A stretch of 64,000 nt of DNA from Tolypothrix carrinoi HA7290-LM1 (GCA_019358935.1 JAHHIK010000015.1:37028-101027), one strand, 5' to 3'. Counted from the stretch's first letter, positions 11,771-24,418 are shown. The notes: generated from the letters alone by a model not told the origin. Numbers and translations: made by a program.

Positions 11771-12241
11771 GCTAGAAAAATTACTTAAATAGCTGTGAAG
11801 TTGTTTTATCAAGAAAGAAGTCAGAATTCAGGAGTCAAAAGAATCCTGTGGGACTAACTTATGAATGAAGGGTTTAAGAGAAGAACGCCAAAATCTATGA
11901 TTTGGCGGTATCTCAATATGACTTAGTATAATTTTTGACTTCATTTTCTTATGACTCCTGAATTCTGACTTATCTGATATCTTTGGGCTAAATTTTGTTA
12001 ATCGGAAGTTAGAATTTCCCCAAGGAAGTCAGAATCAAGGAGTATGCTGAGTGATAGGAATGGGGCAGTTTTGCTTCATTGGGTGCTGAATATAAAAACT
12101 GCTGATTTTTCTCTTCAAATTTCAAATAAATCACAAAACAGAAAAATCTTTACCTACAGCTTAGGATTTGCAGACTAAAAACTTGGGAATTTTGCTTCGC
12201 TTTTTTTGATGGTTAATTAATAACTTGATATTGCCAAATTT

Positions 12242-13159
12242 ATGGATTGGAGCAACTGGGTATATTTGGGAGCGGGAATAGCATTGGGGCTGAGTTTGAG
12301 TGCGTTATTTGCGTTTAGGTTCCCGTCGTCTAGCTCATCTGTAGCGCTTGAGAAACAAGATGTATCAGCACTTGAGCAAGAAATGAAGCGTATAATGCTG
12401 GCGTATCAAATGGCAAAGGAAATGAGCCAGTTTAAAGCGGGATTTTTAGCACGGACTACCCATGAATTGCGATCGCCTCTTAATGGTTTAATTGGTTTAC
12501 ATCAGTTAATTTTGTCAGATTTATGTGAAGATGCGGCGGAAGAACGAGAATTTATCGCCCAAGCTCACGAACGTGCGCTCAAGCTACTCAAGTTAATTGA
12601 TGAAATTCTCAAAGTCTCCAGGACTGAATACGGCAACAACAAATTAGATATCCAACCCCAATGTTTAGCGGAAGTTTTGCAGGAAGTTCATAGCTTAACT
12701 TATATGCTGGCGGCAAATCGCAATTTTACCTTGCAACTTTTGCCACCCGATCCAGAAATTTATGTTTTGGCAGATCCGCGCTGGCTAAGGCAAGTATTGC
12801 TAAATTTAGTAGATACTTCGATTACTCAGATGGAAGAAGGTAGTATTTCTATTTCAACTGCTTCTTCACCTACAAGTAAATTTATTCATATTTGCTTGGA
12901 TGTGCCAACTAATGCTATCCCTACTAGTGAGCCAATAGATTTAATTAAATCTGAATATAAACTGCCTGATACTGACAAGCAAAATGCTTTTTTTTCGCCG
13001 GGAATGAGGCTATTACTAAATCAAACTTTGTTGGAAGTGATGGGGGGAAAGTTGGAAATAGTTTCTCCCGTCACCGATGAATCAACTGAGCATTATAGCA
13101 GGCTACAACTTTCTATCCCCCTAATGATTCCTGAAGCTGGATTTCCGGAGTCGGCATAA
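12242..13159 (+). CDS. Membrane-anchored histidine kinase with degenerate ATPase domain
   Basis: N-terminal TM segment, HELRSPLNG H-box, LRQVLLNLV N-box. Confidence 0.8.
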   Translation: MDWSNWVYLGAGIALGLSLSALFAFRFPSSSSSVALEKQDVSALEQEMKRIMLAYQMAKEMSQFKAGFLARTTHELRSPLNGLIGLHQLILSDLCEDAAEEREFIAQAHERALKLLKLIDEILKVSRTEYGNNKLDIQPQCLAEVLQEVHSLTYMLAANRNFTLQLLPPDPEIYVLADPRWLRQVLLNLVDTSITQMEEGSISISTASSPTSKFIHICLDVPTNAIPTSEPIDLIKSEYKLPDTDKQNAFFSPGMRLLLNQTLLEVMGGKLEIVSPVTDESTEHYSRLQLSIPLMIPEAGFPESA

Positions 13160-13577
13160 GGTTATTGTGATTGTATAACACCATCGTGGTGCTGGAATTG
13201 CTCTGGAAACCAATTTTTTTGTAGAATCCCTGTTGGTGTGTTGTCATCAGATACACGCGCTCAACTCTGTGCATGTGCGGATGACTCAAAACCGTTTCTA
13301 CCAGTTTGCTTCCCAGTCCAGTACCGCGATAGTCTGGGTGAATCACAACATCCCAAATTGTGGCACGATAGATACCATCAGAAGTTGCCCTAGCAAAGCC
13401 AATTAATCGTTCTTTATCGCGGACGCTAATTACTGGCTGACTGTTAGCAATGGCTATACCCATATCTTTTATACTGCGCCCTTTTGCCCAGAAAGCAGCA
13501 ATATTAAATAGCTCTTGGAGTTGGTAAAGGTCAATTTCTGACTTGCGATCGCTAAATTTAATTTGAGTATTATTCAT
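13113..13577 (-). CDS. GNAT acetyltransferase
   Basis: [24 protein letters not shown] motifs. Confidence 0.9.
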   Translation of the reverse strand: MNNTQIKFSDRKSEIDLYQLQELFNIAAFWAKGRSIKDMGIAIANSQPVISVRDKERLIGFARATSDGIYRATIWDVVIHPDYRGTGLGSKLVETVLSHPHMHRVERVYLMTTHQQGFYKKIGFQSNSSTTMVLYNHNNLMPTPEIQLQESLGG

Positions 13578-13754
13578 GCCACCGTATCCAATTTTTACAA
13601 TATATTTGCTATCGTTAACTTTTATTTTTTTCAGATAGCTATAGTAGTATATCTATTGGAAACACATGATACGGGCTATCCTGAAGTCAGATTTTTCTAT
13701 ATATCGCCTGTAGTGTATATATTCCAACTATTTTAAAATTTTATACTTCAAGGT

Positions 13755-14147
13755 TTATTGACAAATCCACTTCCATAGTGGATGACTCGATCCTTGCTGG
13801 CGTATCCGACAAACTTGTTTTTCTAAACGTTGCTGTTCTTGGTGTGGTAAACCGATTAAAATATTCCGACTTTGCCAAACTAAAACAGCAACAGTCATAC
13901 CGATACAAAAAGCTAAACCAATGGTAGAGAATGGATGATAAAAAAGTCCATATCGCACCGCTACCCAGGTAAAATATTGTCGCCACAGAACAATTTCTTC
14001 ACGCAAAGACCACAAGCAAATCGGCGCAAGGGTGAGCCACAAAAATAGGCAGAACAACCATCTACCATATACTGTTAATCGGTGTAGCCTTTGCACTTGT
14101 TGAGTAAAAGATGGGTCTGTGATTGGCGATTTTTCAAATTGATCCAT
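13755..14147 (-). CDS. Hypothetical membrane protein
   Basis: 130-aa ORF with two hydrophobic segments. Confidence 0.7.
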   Translation of the reverse strand: MDQFEKSPITDPSFTQQVQRLHRLTVYGRWLFCLFLWLTLAPICLWSLREEIVLWRQYFTWVAVRYGLFYHPFSTIGLAFCIGMTVAVLVWQSRNILIGLPHQEQQRLEKQVCRIRQQGSSHPLWKWICQ

Positions 14148-14159
14148 AGGCGAGGGGGT

Positions 14160-14422
14160 GTTAGTTGTTAGTTGTTGGTTGTTAGTTGTTGGTTGTTAGT
14201 TGTTAGTTGTTAGTTGTTAGTTGTTAGGTGTTAGTTGTTAGTTGTTGGTTGTTAGTTGTTAGTTGTTAGTTGTTAGTTGTTAGTTGTTAGTTGTTAGTTG
14301 TCAAAAATTACTCTTATCCATTAACCACTATCCACTATCGACTATCCACTATCCACGCTGCCACTATCCACTATCGACTATCCATTAACCACTATCGACT
14401 ATCGACTATCCACTATCTACTA
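14160..14422. repeat. STRR arrays (GTTAGTT)n and (CACTATC/GACTATC)n
   Basis: About 20 GTTAGTT-type units followed by ACTATC units. Confidence 0.95.
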
Positions 14423-14432
14423 ACTTTCACCT

Positions 14433-15389
14433 TTATGCATCCATTGGTTCTGTGGTGGCTGTGGGTGTGGATGAATCGGTGCGTTCTCGCCACCAAGCTA
14501 AAAGAGTACTAGCGATGAAAATACTGGAATAAGCGCCCATTGTAAAGCCAATAATCAAGGCTAGGGCGAAGTTATGCAAAGTTTCGCCGCCAAACAGAAA
14601 GATAGCAAATAATGTCAGCAACACGGTTAAGGTGGTGTTGATTGACCGTGCTAAGGTTTGGTTAACTGCATCGTCTACAATCTCGCTAATTGGTCGATTC
14701 GGATTAGTTTTGACGGTTTCGCGAATGCGATCGTAAATGACTACGGTATCATTCACTGAAAAACCTGTGATTGTCAGTAGGGCGACAATGAACAGACTAT
14801 CAACTTCAGTGCCAAATATCAAACCCAAAATCGAGAACGCACCTACTGTAATCAAGATGTCGTGAAACAAAGCAATAATCGCAAAAATGGCATAGTCTAA
14901 CTGAAAGCGGAAGTTCATGTAGACGGTGATGCCAACAAAAGAGACGAGGAGAGCTAATAAACCAGACCTAAATAGTTCTTGCCCTAGTGTAGGACCTACG
15001 GAGTCAATTTGATTTTTTTGCGGGTCAAAAACGCCGATTTTTTCGCTTAAGGCGTTTTGTAATTTGGTGCGTTGATCGACAGTCAAATCTTTTGTGCGAA
15101 TTGTTACGCCATTCTCACCAGCAAGTTGAATGCTGCTATCGCCTATTCCCTGTTCTTTGGCTACTTCCCGAACAGCAGCAATATCAATTGGTTTATCACA
15201 ATTACCGGGTCTTGTACAATCGCGTTCAAATTGCAAGCGCGTACCACCGATAAAATCTAAACTGGGACGCAGGGGTGCTTTAATTCCCGGAGTTTGCCAA
15301 GAAATCACCATCGAAATGATACCAATGATGATGATGACAGAAGAAATAGTCCACCAAAGCGATCGCGATTTATTTATACTTAGTTTCAT
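14433..15389 (-). CDS. secF: Protein translocase subunit SecF
   Basis: [29 protein letters not shown] motifs. Confidence 0.97.
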   Translation of the reverse strand: MKLSINKSRSLWWTISSVIIIIGIISMVISWQTPGIKAPLRPSLDFIGGTRLQFERDCTRPGNCDKPIDIAAVREVAKEQGIGDSSIQLAGENGVTIRTKDLTVDQRTKLQNALSEKIGVFDPQKNQIDSVGPTLGQELFRSGLLALLVSFVGITVYMNFRFQLDYAIFAIIALFHDILITVGAFSILGLIFGTEVDSLFIVALLTITGFSVNDTVVIYDRIRETVKTNPNRPISEIVDDAVNQTLARSINTTLTVLLTLFAIFLFGGETLHNFALALIIGFTMGAYSSIFIASTLLAWWRERTDSSTPTATTEPMDA

Positions 15390-16798
15390 TGAGCTACCTC
15401 TGCCTGATTCGAGCTTGGCAGGTTAGGAGAGAAAAGTTGTGGCTTCTTCAATGCGGGTATTGAAATTGCCAAAAACATCAGTGTCCGACTACAGGTAATC
15501 GCTGTAAACATACTAACTGCTACACCCAAAGCCAAAGTCAGGGCAAAGCCTTTGACTAAGCCAGACCCCAGCCAGAACAAAGCAGCACAAGCAATCCATG
15601 TCGTTACATTACTATCTAAAATACTAGAAAATGCTCGGTAAAAACCAGATTCTACAGAACGATACAGCTTTTTACCTGATTGTAATTCTTCCCGCGTGCG
15701 CTCAAAAATTAGTACGTTAGCGTCAACCGCCATCCCAATACTAAGAATAAATCCGGCAATTCCTGGCAGTGTGAGAGTAACGCCCAACAAAGCAAAGCTA
15801 GCCCAAGTTAGCAAAGAGTAGATTACTAACGCTATGTCGGCAATCAATCCTGGTAGTCTATAGTACACCACCATAAAAATTAATACTAAACTCAGACCAC
15901 CGATGCCAGCATAAATACTGCGTTGAATGCTGTCTTTACCCAAGGTTGCGCCGACTGTGCGTCTTTCGGCGATTTCTACTGGTACCGGTAATGCCCCACC
16001 GCGTAGCTGCACACCTAAGTCGTTTGCTTCTTGAGCGGTAAATCTACCTGTAATTACGGCAGCACCACCGGTAATACCTGCGGCAGCAAATTCTGGACCG
16101 ACGGTAGGAGCGCTAATCGCTTCATTATCCAAAAATATACCAATACTGCGACCAGTACCGGCGAGGTTTTTTGTCAGTTGGGCAAATAATTCCCCACCTT
16201 TGGTATCAAAGCGAATGGCAACATTCCAGTTGTTGCCTTGAGTCGGTTCGCCATAGGCATCTTTGAGGAATTTACCAGTTAAAGGCGGGTTGGTACTTTC
16301 AAATAATTCAGCGATCGCTTGATTATTATTTTGTAACTCTTCTTTATTTTTCGCAATAGCGGCTGCGTCTTTAGTTTTGATCAATTCTTGTTGTTTTGCC
16401 TTCAATTCTTCTCGCGATCTTTGAAAAGCAAACAATTGAGTTTCCGTACCGGGTTTTTGCAAGCGAAATTCTAGCTGCGCTGTACCTCCCAGAACTCGTT
16501 CAGCTTGTTCTGGGTCGTTAACTCCCGGTAGTTGCACTAAAATTTTGTCTGAACCCACCGTTTGAATCACTGGTTCAGAAACACCCAAACCGTTGATGCG
16601 TCCTTCAACTACTCTTTTCACAGCTGACAATTCGCGTTCGGTGATTTGCTTAATCTCCGCTGTTGGTTTCACCTGAATTGTTAGCTGTGAACCTCCGCGT
16701 AAATCCAGCCCCAAGGGAATCGGAATTGTAGCAATTACCGTAATCGCGGCAATTACCATAACTAAAATCAAGGCTAATAGCGATCGCTGTCTTTGCAT
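15386..16798 (-). CDS. secD: Protein translocase subunit SecD
   Basis: [29 protein letters not shown] motifs; overlaps the secF start. Confidence 0.97.
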   Translation of the reverse strand: MQRQRSLLALILVMVIAAITVIATIPIPLGLDLRGGSQLTIQVKPTAEIKQITERELSAVKRVVEGRINGLGVSEPVIQTVGSDKILVQLPGVNDPEQAERVLGGTAQLEFRLQKPGTETQLFAFQRSREELKAKQQELIKTKDAAAIAKNKEELQNNNQAIAELFESTNPPLTGKFLKDAYGEPTQGNNWNVAIRFDTKGGELFAQLTKNLAGTGRSIGIFLDNEAISAPTVGPEFAAAGITGGAAVITGRFTAQEANDLGVQLRGGALPVPVEIAERRTVGATLGKDSIQRSIYAGIGGLSLVLIFMVVYYRLPGLIADIALVIYSLLTWASFALLGVTLTLPGIAGFILSIGMAVDANVLIFERTREELQSGKKLYRSVESGFYRAFSSILDSNVTTWIACAALFWLGSGLVKGFALTLALGVAVSMFTAITCSRTLMFLAISIPALKKPQLFSPNLPSSNQAEVAQ

Positions 16799-16859
16799 AC
16801 CATAACTCGCAACTGACAAAGGCTATGATAGCGCTATTTTATCGAGTTATGAAGGGGCT

Positions 16860-16990
16860 GGGGCATTGGGCAATGGGCATTGGGCAATGGGCAATGGGCA
16901 TTGGGCATTGGTAAAATTCCTCTCCCCCTGCTCCCCCTGCCTCCCTTGCCCCCCCAGCTCCCCCTGCTCCCCCTGCTCCCCATTCCCCAG
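16860..16990. repeat. STRR arrays (GGGCAWT)n and (CTCCCCTG)n
   Basis: Tandem short units. Confidence 0.9.
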
Positions 16991-16992
16991 TT

Positions 16993-17976
16993 CTAAACTC
17001 GCAAAGCTACCATTTTTTCTACAGCTTCGACTATTTGCTCTGGTTGAACAATTGTTAAGCGCTCTAAATTGCCATTGTAAGGTGTGGGAATATCTTGGGA
17101 AGAAAGCCGCAAGACTGGAGCATCTAATTCATCAAACAGGCGATCGTTAATTGAAGCAATTAATTCGGCGGCTATACCACCAGTTCGCATGGCTTCTTCA
17201 ACAATAATGACTTTATGAGTTTTCCGCACGGATTCACCGATAGTATCCATATCCAGCGGTTTCAGAGATATCAAGTCAATTACTTCTGGGTCATAACCTT
17301 GTTTTTCCAGAACTTTCACAGCTTGCGCTACATGATACCGCATCCGGGAATAAGTGATGATTGTCACATCTTTCCCAGGACGCACAATTTCTGCTTTATC
17401 TAGTGGCAGTAAATATTCTTCTTCTGGCAGGTCTTCTTTCAAGTTGTAAAGCAGAACGTGTTCAAAGAACAATACCGGGTTATCATCGCGGATAGCTGAT
17501 TTCAGCAATCCTTTGGCGTTGTAAGGTGTAGAGCAAGTAACGATTTTTAAGCCAGGAACAGCTTGAAAGTATGTTTCTAATCGTTGGGAATGTTCTGCCC
17601 CTAGTTGCCGTCCCACCCCTCCTGGACCGCGAATTACCATCGGTATTTTAAAGTTACCGCCGGAAGTATAGCGCAGCATCCCGGCGTTATTAGATATTTG
17701 GTTAAAGGCAAGCAGCAAAAAGCCCATGTTCATGCCTTCGATTATCGGTCTTAAGCCGGTCATCGCTGCGCCTACTGCCATTCCCGTAAAGCTGTTTTCG
17801 GCAATGGGAGTGTCAAGAATTCGCAGTTCACCGTATTTTTGATATAGGTCTTTGGTAACTTTGTAAGACCCGCCATAATGTCCTACGTCTTCACCGAGAA
17901 CGAATACGCTCTTGTCGCGTGCCATTTCTTCGTCAATGGCTTCTCGTAGGGCGTTGAAGAATAAAGTTTCTGCCAT
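16993..17976 (-). CDS. pdhB: Pyruvate dehydrogenase E1 beta subunit
   Basis: [26 protein letters not shown] motifs. Confidence 0.97.
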   Translation of the reverse strand: MAETLFFNALREAIDEEMARDKSVFVLGEDVGHYGGSYKVTKDLYQKYGELRILDTPIAENSFTGMAVGAAMTGLRPIIEGMNMGFLLLAFNQISNNAGMLRYTSGGNFKIPMVIRGPGGVGRQLGAEHSQRLETYFQAVPGLKIVTCSTPYNAKGLLKSAIRDDNPVLFFEHVLLYNLKEDLPEEEYLLPLDKAEIVRPGKDVTIITYSRMRYHVAQAVKVLEKQGYDPEVIDLISLKPLDMDTIGESVRKTHKVIIVEEAMRTGGIAAELIASINDRLFDELDAPVLRLSSQDIPTPYNGNLERLTIVQPEQIVEAVEKMVALRV

Positions 17977-18130
17977 TTAAATCTTTAATACAATTCTTGT
18001 TTTAGAATCTTATCGCGCCACTGGGAAAAATACAGTTAGCGATCGCACTACTTGAGTAAGATACCGCAAACCATCAAGCAAATAGCACCCTGAATCCGGC
18101 GTGTTCCCTTTCCTACTCCTGCACAATTTA

Positions 18131-18327
18131 TTATAAGTCTTCGATCAACACAATCATTCGTCCGCCCCAACTTGTGTAAGGCAGTAACGTCAACTGTTGC
18201 CAAGGAAAGGAGAACGTGCATAAACCTTTATAGCACTGTAACCTACCCCTGAGCGATCGCAAACTTCCTTTAGAGTCCAACCTTTTTCTGCGGCATATTC
18301 TTTTATCCGCAACTTCACCAATCCCAT
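18131..18327 (-). pseudogene. Frameshifted XRE/Cro-type HTH regulator
   Basis: MGLVKLRIKEYAAEKGWTLKEVCDRSGVGYSAIKVYARSP, continuing in shifted frames as SLATVDVTALHKLGRT and VLIEDL*. Confidence 0.7.
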
Positions 18328-18441
18328 GCTTGACAACAGGTAGGTATGTACCCTTGAATCTAAATAGTTAAGTACAAAAAGCGATCGCCTGATAAGTTTT
18401 GCTCGTCAAGCGATCGCCTGAATAACATTAAATCTAATTTT

Positions 18442-18873
18442 ATGATAACAATAATTAAGCAAGAGTCAAACGAAATTAATCCTTATATCGAGATTCGTGA
18501 TTGAGGCAGTGGCTGGTGCTTCTCAACATCGATGCTGCCAAAATTAAAGAAATTCGTTTGTGGAGATATATAATTTTGGTGGTGGCTGACGGCATGAGTA
18601 GATTTGTCAGTTACGCCGAAATACCGCCAATTTTAGGAGTTGCACCTTTGACGGTAAAAGATTTTCACAGCTTGGTACAAGCGTTGGCGCAAGCTAAAAA
18701 CTAATCACGTTCCGGATTATTGGTGTCAGTTTTACGCCCAAAAATTTGGGCAAAGTAACGACGAACGAAGAATTAAAACTATGGGGGCAATTAATAGCTA
18801 CCATTAAGTTTGCTTTGTCACAAAAAGTTATACAGGCGTTGCGACACTTATATGACGTTGTAATTTTGTAGTA
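18442..18873 (+). pseudogene. Degraded hypothetical gene divergent from the HTH pseudogene
   Basis: Protein-like fragments in different frames (IKEIRLWRYIILVV; WYKRWRKLKTNHVPDYWCQFY; LKLWGQLIATIKF). Confidence 0.5.
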
Positions 18874-18925
18874 GGCACTGAAGTGCCTAGAAAATAAGCG
18901 TTGAAACGCTTACTACGAAAAAATA

Positions 18926-19231
18926 TTAAGTTTTGTTTAACATCGGAACTGGTGAGTCAGGCACTTGAGTTACTTGATCATTATCTGGAAAGCGTTTTGG
19001 TCTTCCGGGTTTGCGCTTGTGTCGTTGATTAATTGACTTTTCGCTTGCCTGTGCTAACTCTTCAGGTGTACATTTAAAAAGGCGTAAAGCGTCTAAAAAT
19101 TTTTTTGGTGTCATTGTTGGTTCTGTACGCCCTGCTTCCCAGTTGCGAACACTGGTTTCACTGATTGCAAGCCTGAAGGCAACTTCAGCACGGCTTAGTC
19201 CTGCACGCTCTCTCAGGACTTGCATATCCAT
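18926..19231 (-). CDS. XRE-family HTH transcriptional regulator
   Basis: LRERAGLSRAEVAFRLAISETSVRNWEAGRTEP. Confidence 0.9.
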   Translation of the reverse strand: MDMQVLRERAGLSRAEVAFRLAISETSVRNWEAGRTEPTMTPKKFLDALRLFKCTPEELAQASEKSINQRHKRKPGRPKRFPDNDQVTQVPDSPVPMLNKT

Positions 19232-19403
19232 ATTTTCATATCTCCTTTAAAAAGTTCTCAAACGGGTTTATTAAATCAATTGACGTGAAAATGCCAATTG
19301 AAAAAGTATTAACTATATTCTTTATAAGCGATCGCCTACCAGTCTGGCAAAAGAAGCAACGCTCCACTTCTGTAGTATCTCGTAGGAAGCTTTTAATTAT
19401 AAC

Positions 19404-19534
19404 ATGGGCATTGGGCATTGGGCATTGGGCATTGGGAATAGGTAATAGAAAGAAATTGTCCCCCTTGTCTCCTTGTCTTCCCATGCCCCATTCCCCATGC
19501 CCCATTCCCCATGCCCCATGCCCTATGCCCCATT
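19404..19534. repeat. STRR (TGGGCAT)n / (ATGCCCC)n, inverted arrays
   Basis: Tandem heptamers in opposite orientations. Confidence 0.9.
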
Positions 19535-19536
19535 CA

Positions 19537-20520
19537 TTATTTTTCTAACCACCGCGCCGCGTCTTTGGCGTGGTAGGTCAAAATTAAGTCAGCGCCGGCG
19601 CGTTTAAATCCGGTTAAAGTTTCCATAACCACGCGCTGTTCGTCAATCCAGCCGTTGAGGGCAGCGGCTTTAACCATCGCATACTCACCGGAAACATTGT
19701 AAGCAGCAACGGGTAAGTTACAAGCTTGTTTCACGCGCCAGATAATGTCCATGTATGCCAAAGCTGGCTTAACCATGAGCATATCAGCACCTTCAGCGAT
19801 ATCAAGTTCAATTTCTTTAATCGCTTCTTTGGCGTTACCTGGGTCCATTTGGTAAGTACGTCTGTCCCCAAATTGCGGTGTAGAATCTGCCGCATCCCGA
19901 AAAGGACCATAATAAGCCGAAGCGTACTTAGCAGCATACGACATAATCGGCGTATCTTGAAATCCAGCTTCATCTAAACCTGCGCGAATTGCTTGGACAA
20001 ATCCATCCATCATTCCCGAAGGTGCGATGATATCGGCACCAGCTTTGACTTGCGATACTGCTGTTTTCTTGAGTAATTCTAAAGTCGGATCGTTCAAAAC
20101 CCTTCCTGTCAAATCACCAACTTGCAAATAACCGCAGTGACCGTGACTGGTATACTCACACAGACAAGTATCAGCGATGACAATCAAATCTGGTACTGCT
20201 TCTTTTACAGCAGTTGCAGCTTTTTGGACAATACCGCAATCATGCCATGCACCCGTAGCATCGACATCTTTATCTGCGGGAATCCCAAATAAAATAATCG
20301 CGGGGATTCCTAAGTCATAAACTTCTTTGGCTTCTTCAACAATTTTGTCTACCGAAAGTTGATATACTCCCGGCATTGATTTGACTTCATTCGCGATTCC
20401 CTCACCTGGTACAGCAAACAGAGGGTAAATTAAATCACTTGTATTCAGAACAGTTTCACGTACCATTCGACGCAATTGAGAATGGGTACGCAAGCGGCGA
20501 GGGCGATGTTGAGGAAACAT
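19537..20520 (-). CDS. hemB: Porphobilinogen synthase
   Basis: [37 protein letters not shown] motifs. Confidence 0.98.
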   Translation of the reverse strand: MFPQHRPRRLRTHSQLRRMVRETVLNTSDLIYPLFAVPGEGIANEVKSMPGVYQLSVDKIVEEAKEVYDLGIPAIILFGIPADKDVDATGAWHDCGIVQKAATAVKEAVPDLIVIADTCLCEYTSHGHCGYLQVGDLTGRVLNDPTLELLKKTAVSQVKAGADIIAPSGMMDGFVQAIRAGLDEAGFQDTPIMSYAAKYASAYYGPFRDAADSTPQFGDRRTYQMDPGNAKEAIKEIELDIAEGADMLMVKPALAYMDIIWRVKQACNLPVAAYNVSGEYAMVKAAALNGWIDEQRVVMETLTGFKRAGADLILTYHAKDAARWLEK

Positions 20521-20646
20521 AGCGTTTTTTCAAGATTTACCGAATTATTGGGGCGATCGCGTGCGTTGACGCAACCTCACCCCATGAAGTATGGTAAACC
20601 CCCATATGAACCAAGTTGTCAAAATATTATCAAAGGTTAACAGGTG

Positions 20647-20800
20647 TGGGGAGTGGGGGAGTGGGGGAGTGGGGGACAAGGGAGACAAGGGAGACAAGGG
20701 GGACAAAAAGGCAAGTAGTAGGGGTGGGGTTCCCCCACCCGGACTTTTACCAATTACCCATTACCCATTACCCATTACCCATTACCCATTCCCTATTCCC
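20647..20800. repeat. STRR arrays (GGGGAGT, GGGAGACAA, CCCATTA)
   Basis: Tandem short units. Confidence 0.9.
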
Positions 20801-21770
20801 CACTCTGTTGAATTGTCAGAACTATCTCTTGCGCTACTTGGACGCTATTGAGATAGCTGTCGTGAGCCTGACCGCCATACAATAACATCGGTAAGGCTGT
20901 GTGACTGAAAGGTTGCATTAAGGATTCGACAAAAGTTAACTTGCTGATGATGTCTTTAATTTCAATGTCTTGCTTTAATCCATCGACTAAACTGTAGATT
21001 AAAGGATCGAGGGGCCAAGCTACAGGATCTGCTGGGTGAAGGTAGTTCCGCCAAGGTAGTTTGTTGCTATCTTGTTTTTGACTAAGATTGGCTACAAGTT
21101 GTTTTAACTTCGGTGTAATATCGTGACTGGCGCGTTGTTCTGCTTGGTTTTCTGTTAATTCTGGCATCAAAGCTTGATTTTCGCCTTTGACTATATCCAG
21201 TAAACTGAAGATAGCGATCGGTGATGCCATTGTGTGAATGCTGACGAGGCGGATACCTTCTTCTGGGTTCGGTTCTAAGCCATCAAAGCAGCGGCGAATT
21301 GCCATTGCGCTTTCATGACCGGGGATAGTCGTGTCATTCCAACGGGCTGCGAATAGTATATCAAAAAGGATGAATGTTCCCCAACTGTGGGTAACTAGAT
21401 GTAAGCGATCGCCTTTACTCGCGTTTTCTAATCCCTGTTCTATCTGTATCCTCAGCGCTTCCACAATCTTAGATCCGACACTGCGGCTGATATACAAAGC
21501 CGCATCACCCATAAAGTGAAGAATTGCATTTTGGCGTGTATTTTTAAACCATAGTTGATGCCAACAACCGTCAGCATGTGCGACCTTGGACATTAGGTCT
21601 TGTTCTGATTGAATGTTGACATCACCCCAATACAAAGGTATTGGTTTGAGGTTGTAAGAGTCGCCAATTAACCTGTTGATGTGTCCAATTAATTGCTTGG
21701 CGTAGGTGGGTTCCTCTCGGCGATCGCGAGTATTCACACCATGAATAAATAAAATGTAGTCAGTAGCCAT
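20793..21770 (-). CDS. Hypothetical alpha/beta-hydrolase-like protein
   Basis: ILFIHGV, HLVTHSWG, W.NY.HP.DPV and AHDSY motifs. Confidence 0.7.
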   Translation of the reverse strand: MATDYILFIHGVNTRDRREEPTYAKQLIGHINRLIGDSYNLKPIPLYWGDVNIQSEQDLMSKVAHADGCWHQLWFKNTRQNAILHFMGDAALYISRSVGSKIVEALRIQIEQGLENASKGDRLHLVTHSWGTFILFDILFAARWNDTTIPGHESAMAIRRCFDGLEPNPEEGIRLVSIHTMASPIAIFSLLDIVKGENQALMPELTENQAEQRASHDITPKLKQLVANLSQKQDSNKLPWRNYLHPADPVAWPLDPLIYSLVDGLKQDIEIKDIISKLTFVESLMQPFSHTALPMLLYGGQAHDSYLNSVQVAQEIVLTIQQSGE

Positions 21771-21916
21771 CTGAAAACCTCTTAAAATTACGATACAAAG
21801 AATTTTTGATGGTTATGACTTCAACCAGTTACAATAATTTTCCCTAAAGTTGGCGGCTTGCTTCAATAAAAGTTGTAAAAGACACTTTCATCGGATTTAG
21901 GCAAAGTTATGGAAAA

Positions 21917-22030
21917 ACGTAGACGCAAAGCGGTGAAGCAGCGCGGTCTTGGGGGTTTCCCCCATGAGCGACTGCTGAACCCGAAGGGCTTGCCGCAGGC
22001 TACCGCAAAGGGCGCAAAGAGCGCAAAGAT
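21917..22030. repeat. Small dispersed repeat (SDR-like) cluster
   Basis: GCAGCGCGGTCTTGGGGGTTTCCCCCATGAGCGACTGC hairpin nested among CGCAAAG units, typical of Nostocales. Confidence 0.65.
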
Positions 22031-22310
22031 AAGAGGTTATGAAGAGTTTTTGCGTAAGTTGCGTTTTTGCAAAGATTAATGGACACAAAACAAAGCGTCA
22101 CAAACTTAGGGCAAAATTTAGCACATGTCAGACAAACTACTATAAGTGCTTAACTGTCCTCTGCCCTACTAACTTATGAGGTTGTGGGGCAATTTTATAT
22201 TTTACAGCTTATTTCCCATCTTGATGATGGATAAGAAAAAAATTATCAAATTAATTAACGATCGCTGGCTAGTAGTAAATGTTTAGGCATTTATTACTAG
22301 CCAATTTGTG

Positions 22311-22652
22311 CTACAAAACCCGGAAAATGAAGGGATAACGAAACGGTTTATCAGGATCGCTTAGAACAGTGGTAAGCGCCCAAATCGTTAATCCCCAATG
22401 TAGGAGATATCCTAACCCTGCCAATGGAAGCAGCAAACCAAAGGTGACAACAATTAACGCTGTAATAATTGCACCATAAAGCCAGACATTAAAGTGAAAA
22501 TTAATGGCTTCTTTGGCATTTTCTTTCACAACGGGGTCATCGCTGACGAATAGCATGGCAATAGGTACACCAACAGATACAAATGCCGTACTAAAAAAGA
22601 TCGCTCCATGACACAGTGCTGATAGAAGCTTTCGCTTATCCGTGTCGTACAT
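22311..22652 (-). CDS. DUF4870 family membrane protein
   Basis: LSALCH, NAKEAINF, FRYPFIFR motifs. Confidence 0.85.
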   Translation of the reverse strand: MYDTDKRKLLSALCHGAIFFSTAFVSVGVPIAMLFVSDDPVVKENAKEAINFHFNVWLYGAIITALIVVTFGLLLPLAGLGYLLHWGLTIWALTTVLSDPDKPFRYPFIFRVL

Positions 22653-22789
22653 TCGGTATCTCCGATTAAATCAAGTTTTAACTTACCCTATCGACCCTAT
22701 CACGAGCTTCGTTGTCTTAAGATTAAAAGACTCGCTAAAGTTGGAAAAAATTAAGTTAAGTTAAGTTACAAGGTAAAGCTTTATCAATT

Positions 22790-24418
22790 ATGTCTACTGA
22801 ACTTCAATCTGAACTGAATCAAGCTGTTAAACAACGTCGCAATTTTGCGATTATTTCTCACCCCGACGCTGGGAAAACTACGCTGACAGAAAAGCTACTT
22901 TTGTACGGAGGTGCGATTCACGAAGCTGGAGCGGTCAAAGCACGCAGGGCACAGCGCAAAGCGACTTCTGACTGGATGGCAATGGAACAACAAAGAGGTA
23001 TTTCGATTACTTCTACGGTGTTGCAGTTTGAATATCAGCATTGCCAAATTAATTTATTAGATACTCCTGGACACCAAGATTTCAGTGAAGATACTTACAG
23101 AACTTTAGCTGCGGCTGATAACGCGGTGATGCTAATTGACGCGGCGAAAGGTTTAGAACCGCAAACACGAAAGTTGTTTGAAGTGTGTAAAATGCGGGGT
23201 ATTCCGATTTTTACATTTATCAACAAGCTCGATCGCCCAGGAAGAGAACCGCTGGAATTGTTGGATGAAATTGAGCAAGAATTAGGCTTGCAAACTTATG
23301 CGGTAAACTGGCCCATTGGGATGGGCGATCGCTTTAAAGGTGTATTCGACCGAGATAAACAGCAAATTCACTTGTTTGAACGTAGTGCCCACGGTAGTCG
23401 CGAAGCGCGGGATACTGTAGTTGATTTGGGCGATGCGAAAATAGAAGAACTATTAGAAGAAGAACTTTACTATCAACTGAAAAACGATTTAGAACTTCTT
23501 GAAGGAGTTGGACCGGAACTTGATTTAGAGTTGGTGCATCAAGGAAAAATGACACCCGTGTTTTTCGGTAGCGCTATGACCAACTTTGGGGTAGAGTTAT
23601 TCCTCAAATACTTCCTCGACTACGCCCTCAAGCCAGGTGTCCATAATAGCAGCGTTGGCGAAGTTCCGCCTACCTATCCGGAGTTTTCTGGATTTGTTTT
23701 CAAACTTCAGGCTAACATGGACCCGAAACATCGCGATCGCGTGGCATTTATCCGCGTCTGTACGGGCAAATTTGAAAAAGATATGACGGTGAATCATGCC
23801 CGCACTGGTAAAATTATCCGTTTATCTCGTCCGCAAAAATTATTCGCTCAAGAACGGGAATCGATTGATGTAGCTTATGCAGGCGATGTTATTGGTTTAA
23901 ATAATCCTGGTGTTTTTGCGATCGGCGATACAATTTACGTTGGGCAGAAGTTGGAGTATGAAGGTATCCCCTATTTCTCGCCGGAATTATTCGCGATTCT
24001 CAGAAATCCTAACCCCTCTAAATTCAAGCAATTTCAAAAAGGTATTTCCGAATTGCGCGAAGAAGGTGCAGTACAAATTATGTACTCAACTGATGAAGCT
24101 AAACGCGATCCAATTTTGGCGGCAGTAGGTCAGTTGCAATTCGAGGTGGTACAGTTTCGCTTGCAAAATGAATATGGCGTGGAAACCCAGCTAGAATTAT
24201 TACCCTACAGCGTCGCTCGTTGGGTTGAGGGTGGTTGGGAACCTTTGAATAAGGTGGGACGTTTATTCAACACCACTACGGTCAAAGACAGCATGGATCG
24301 CCCTGTGTTGCTGTTCCGCAATGAATGGAATTGTCAGCAATTAGAACAAGACCATCCAGAATTGAAATTGAGCGCAGTAGCCCCGGTGTTTTCCAGTCAA
24401 CAACCAATGGAAGGATAA
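22790..24418 (+). CDS. prfC: Peptide chain release factor 3
   Basis: [44 protein letters not shown] motifs. Confidence 0.98.
   Translation: MSTELQSELNQAVKQRRNFAIISHPDAGKTTLTEKLLLYGGAIHEAGAVKARRAQRKATSDWMAMEQQRGISITSTVLQFEYQHCQINLLDTPGHQDFSEDTYRTLAAADNAVMLIDAAKGLEPQTRKLFEVCKMRGIPIFTFINKLDRPGREPLELLDEIEQELGLQTYAVNWPIGMGDRFKGVFDRDKQQIHLFERSAHGSREARDTVVDLGDAKIEELLEEELYYQLKNDLELLEGVGPELDLELVHQGKMTPVFFGSAMTNFGVELFLKYFLDYALKPGVHNSSVGEVPPTYPEFSGFVFKLQANMDPKHRDRVAFIRVCTGKFEKDMTVNHARTGKIIRLSRPQKLFAQERESIDVAYAGDVIGLNNPGVFAIGDTIYVGQKLEYEGIPYFSPELFAILRNPNPSKFKQFQKGISELREEGAVQIMYSTDEAKRDPILAAVGQLQFEVVQFRLQNEYGVETQLELLPYSVARWVEGGWEPLNKVGRLFNTTTVKDSMDRPVLLFRNEWNCQQLEQDHPELKLSAVAPVFSSQQPMEG

Noticed and set aside
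14160..14420. Long tandem arrays as a possible CRISPR array
   Set aside because: Heptamer STRRs without unique spacers, and no cas genes in the window
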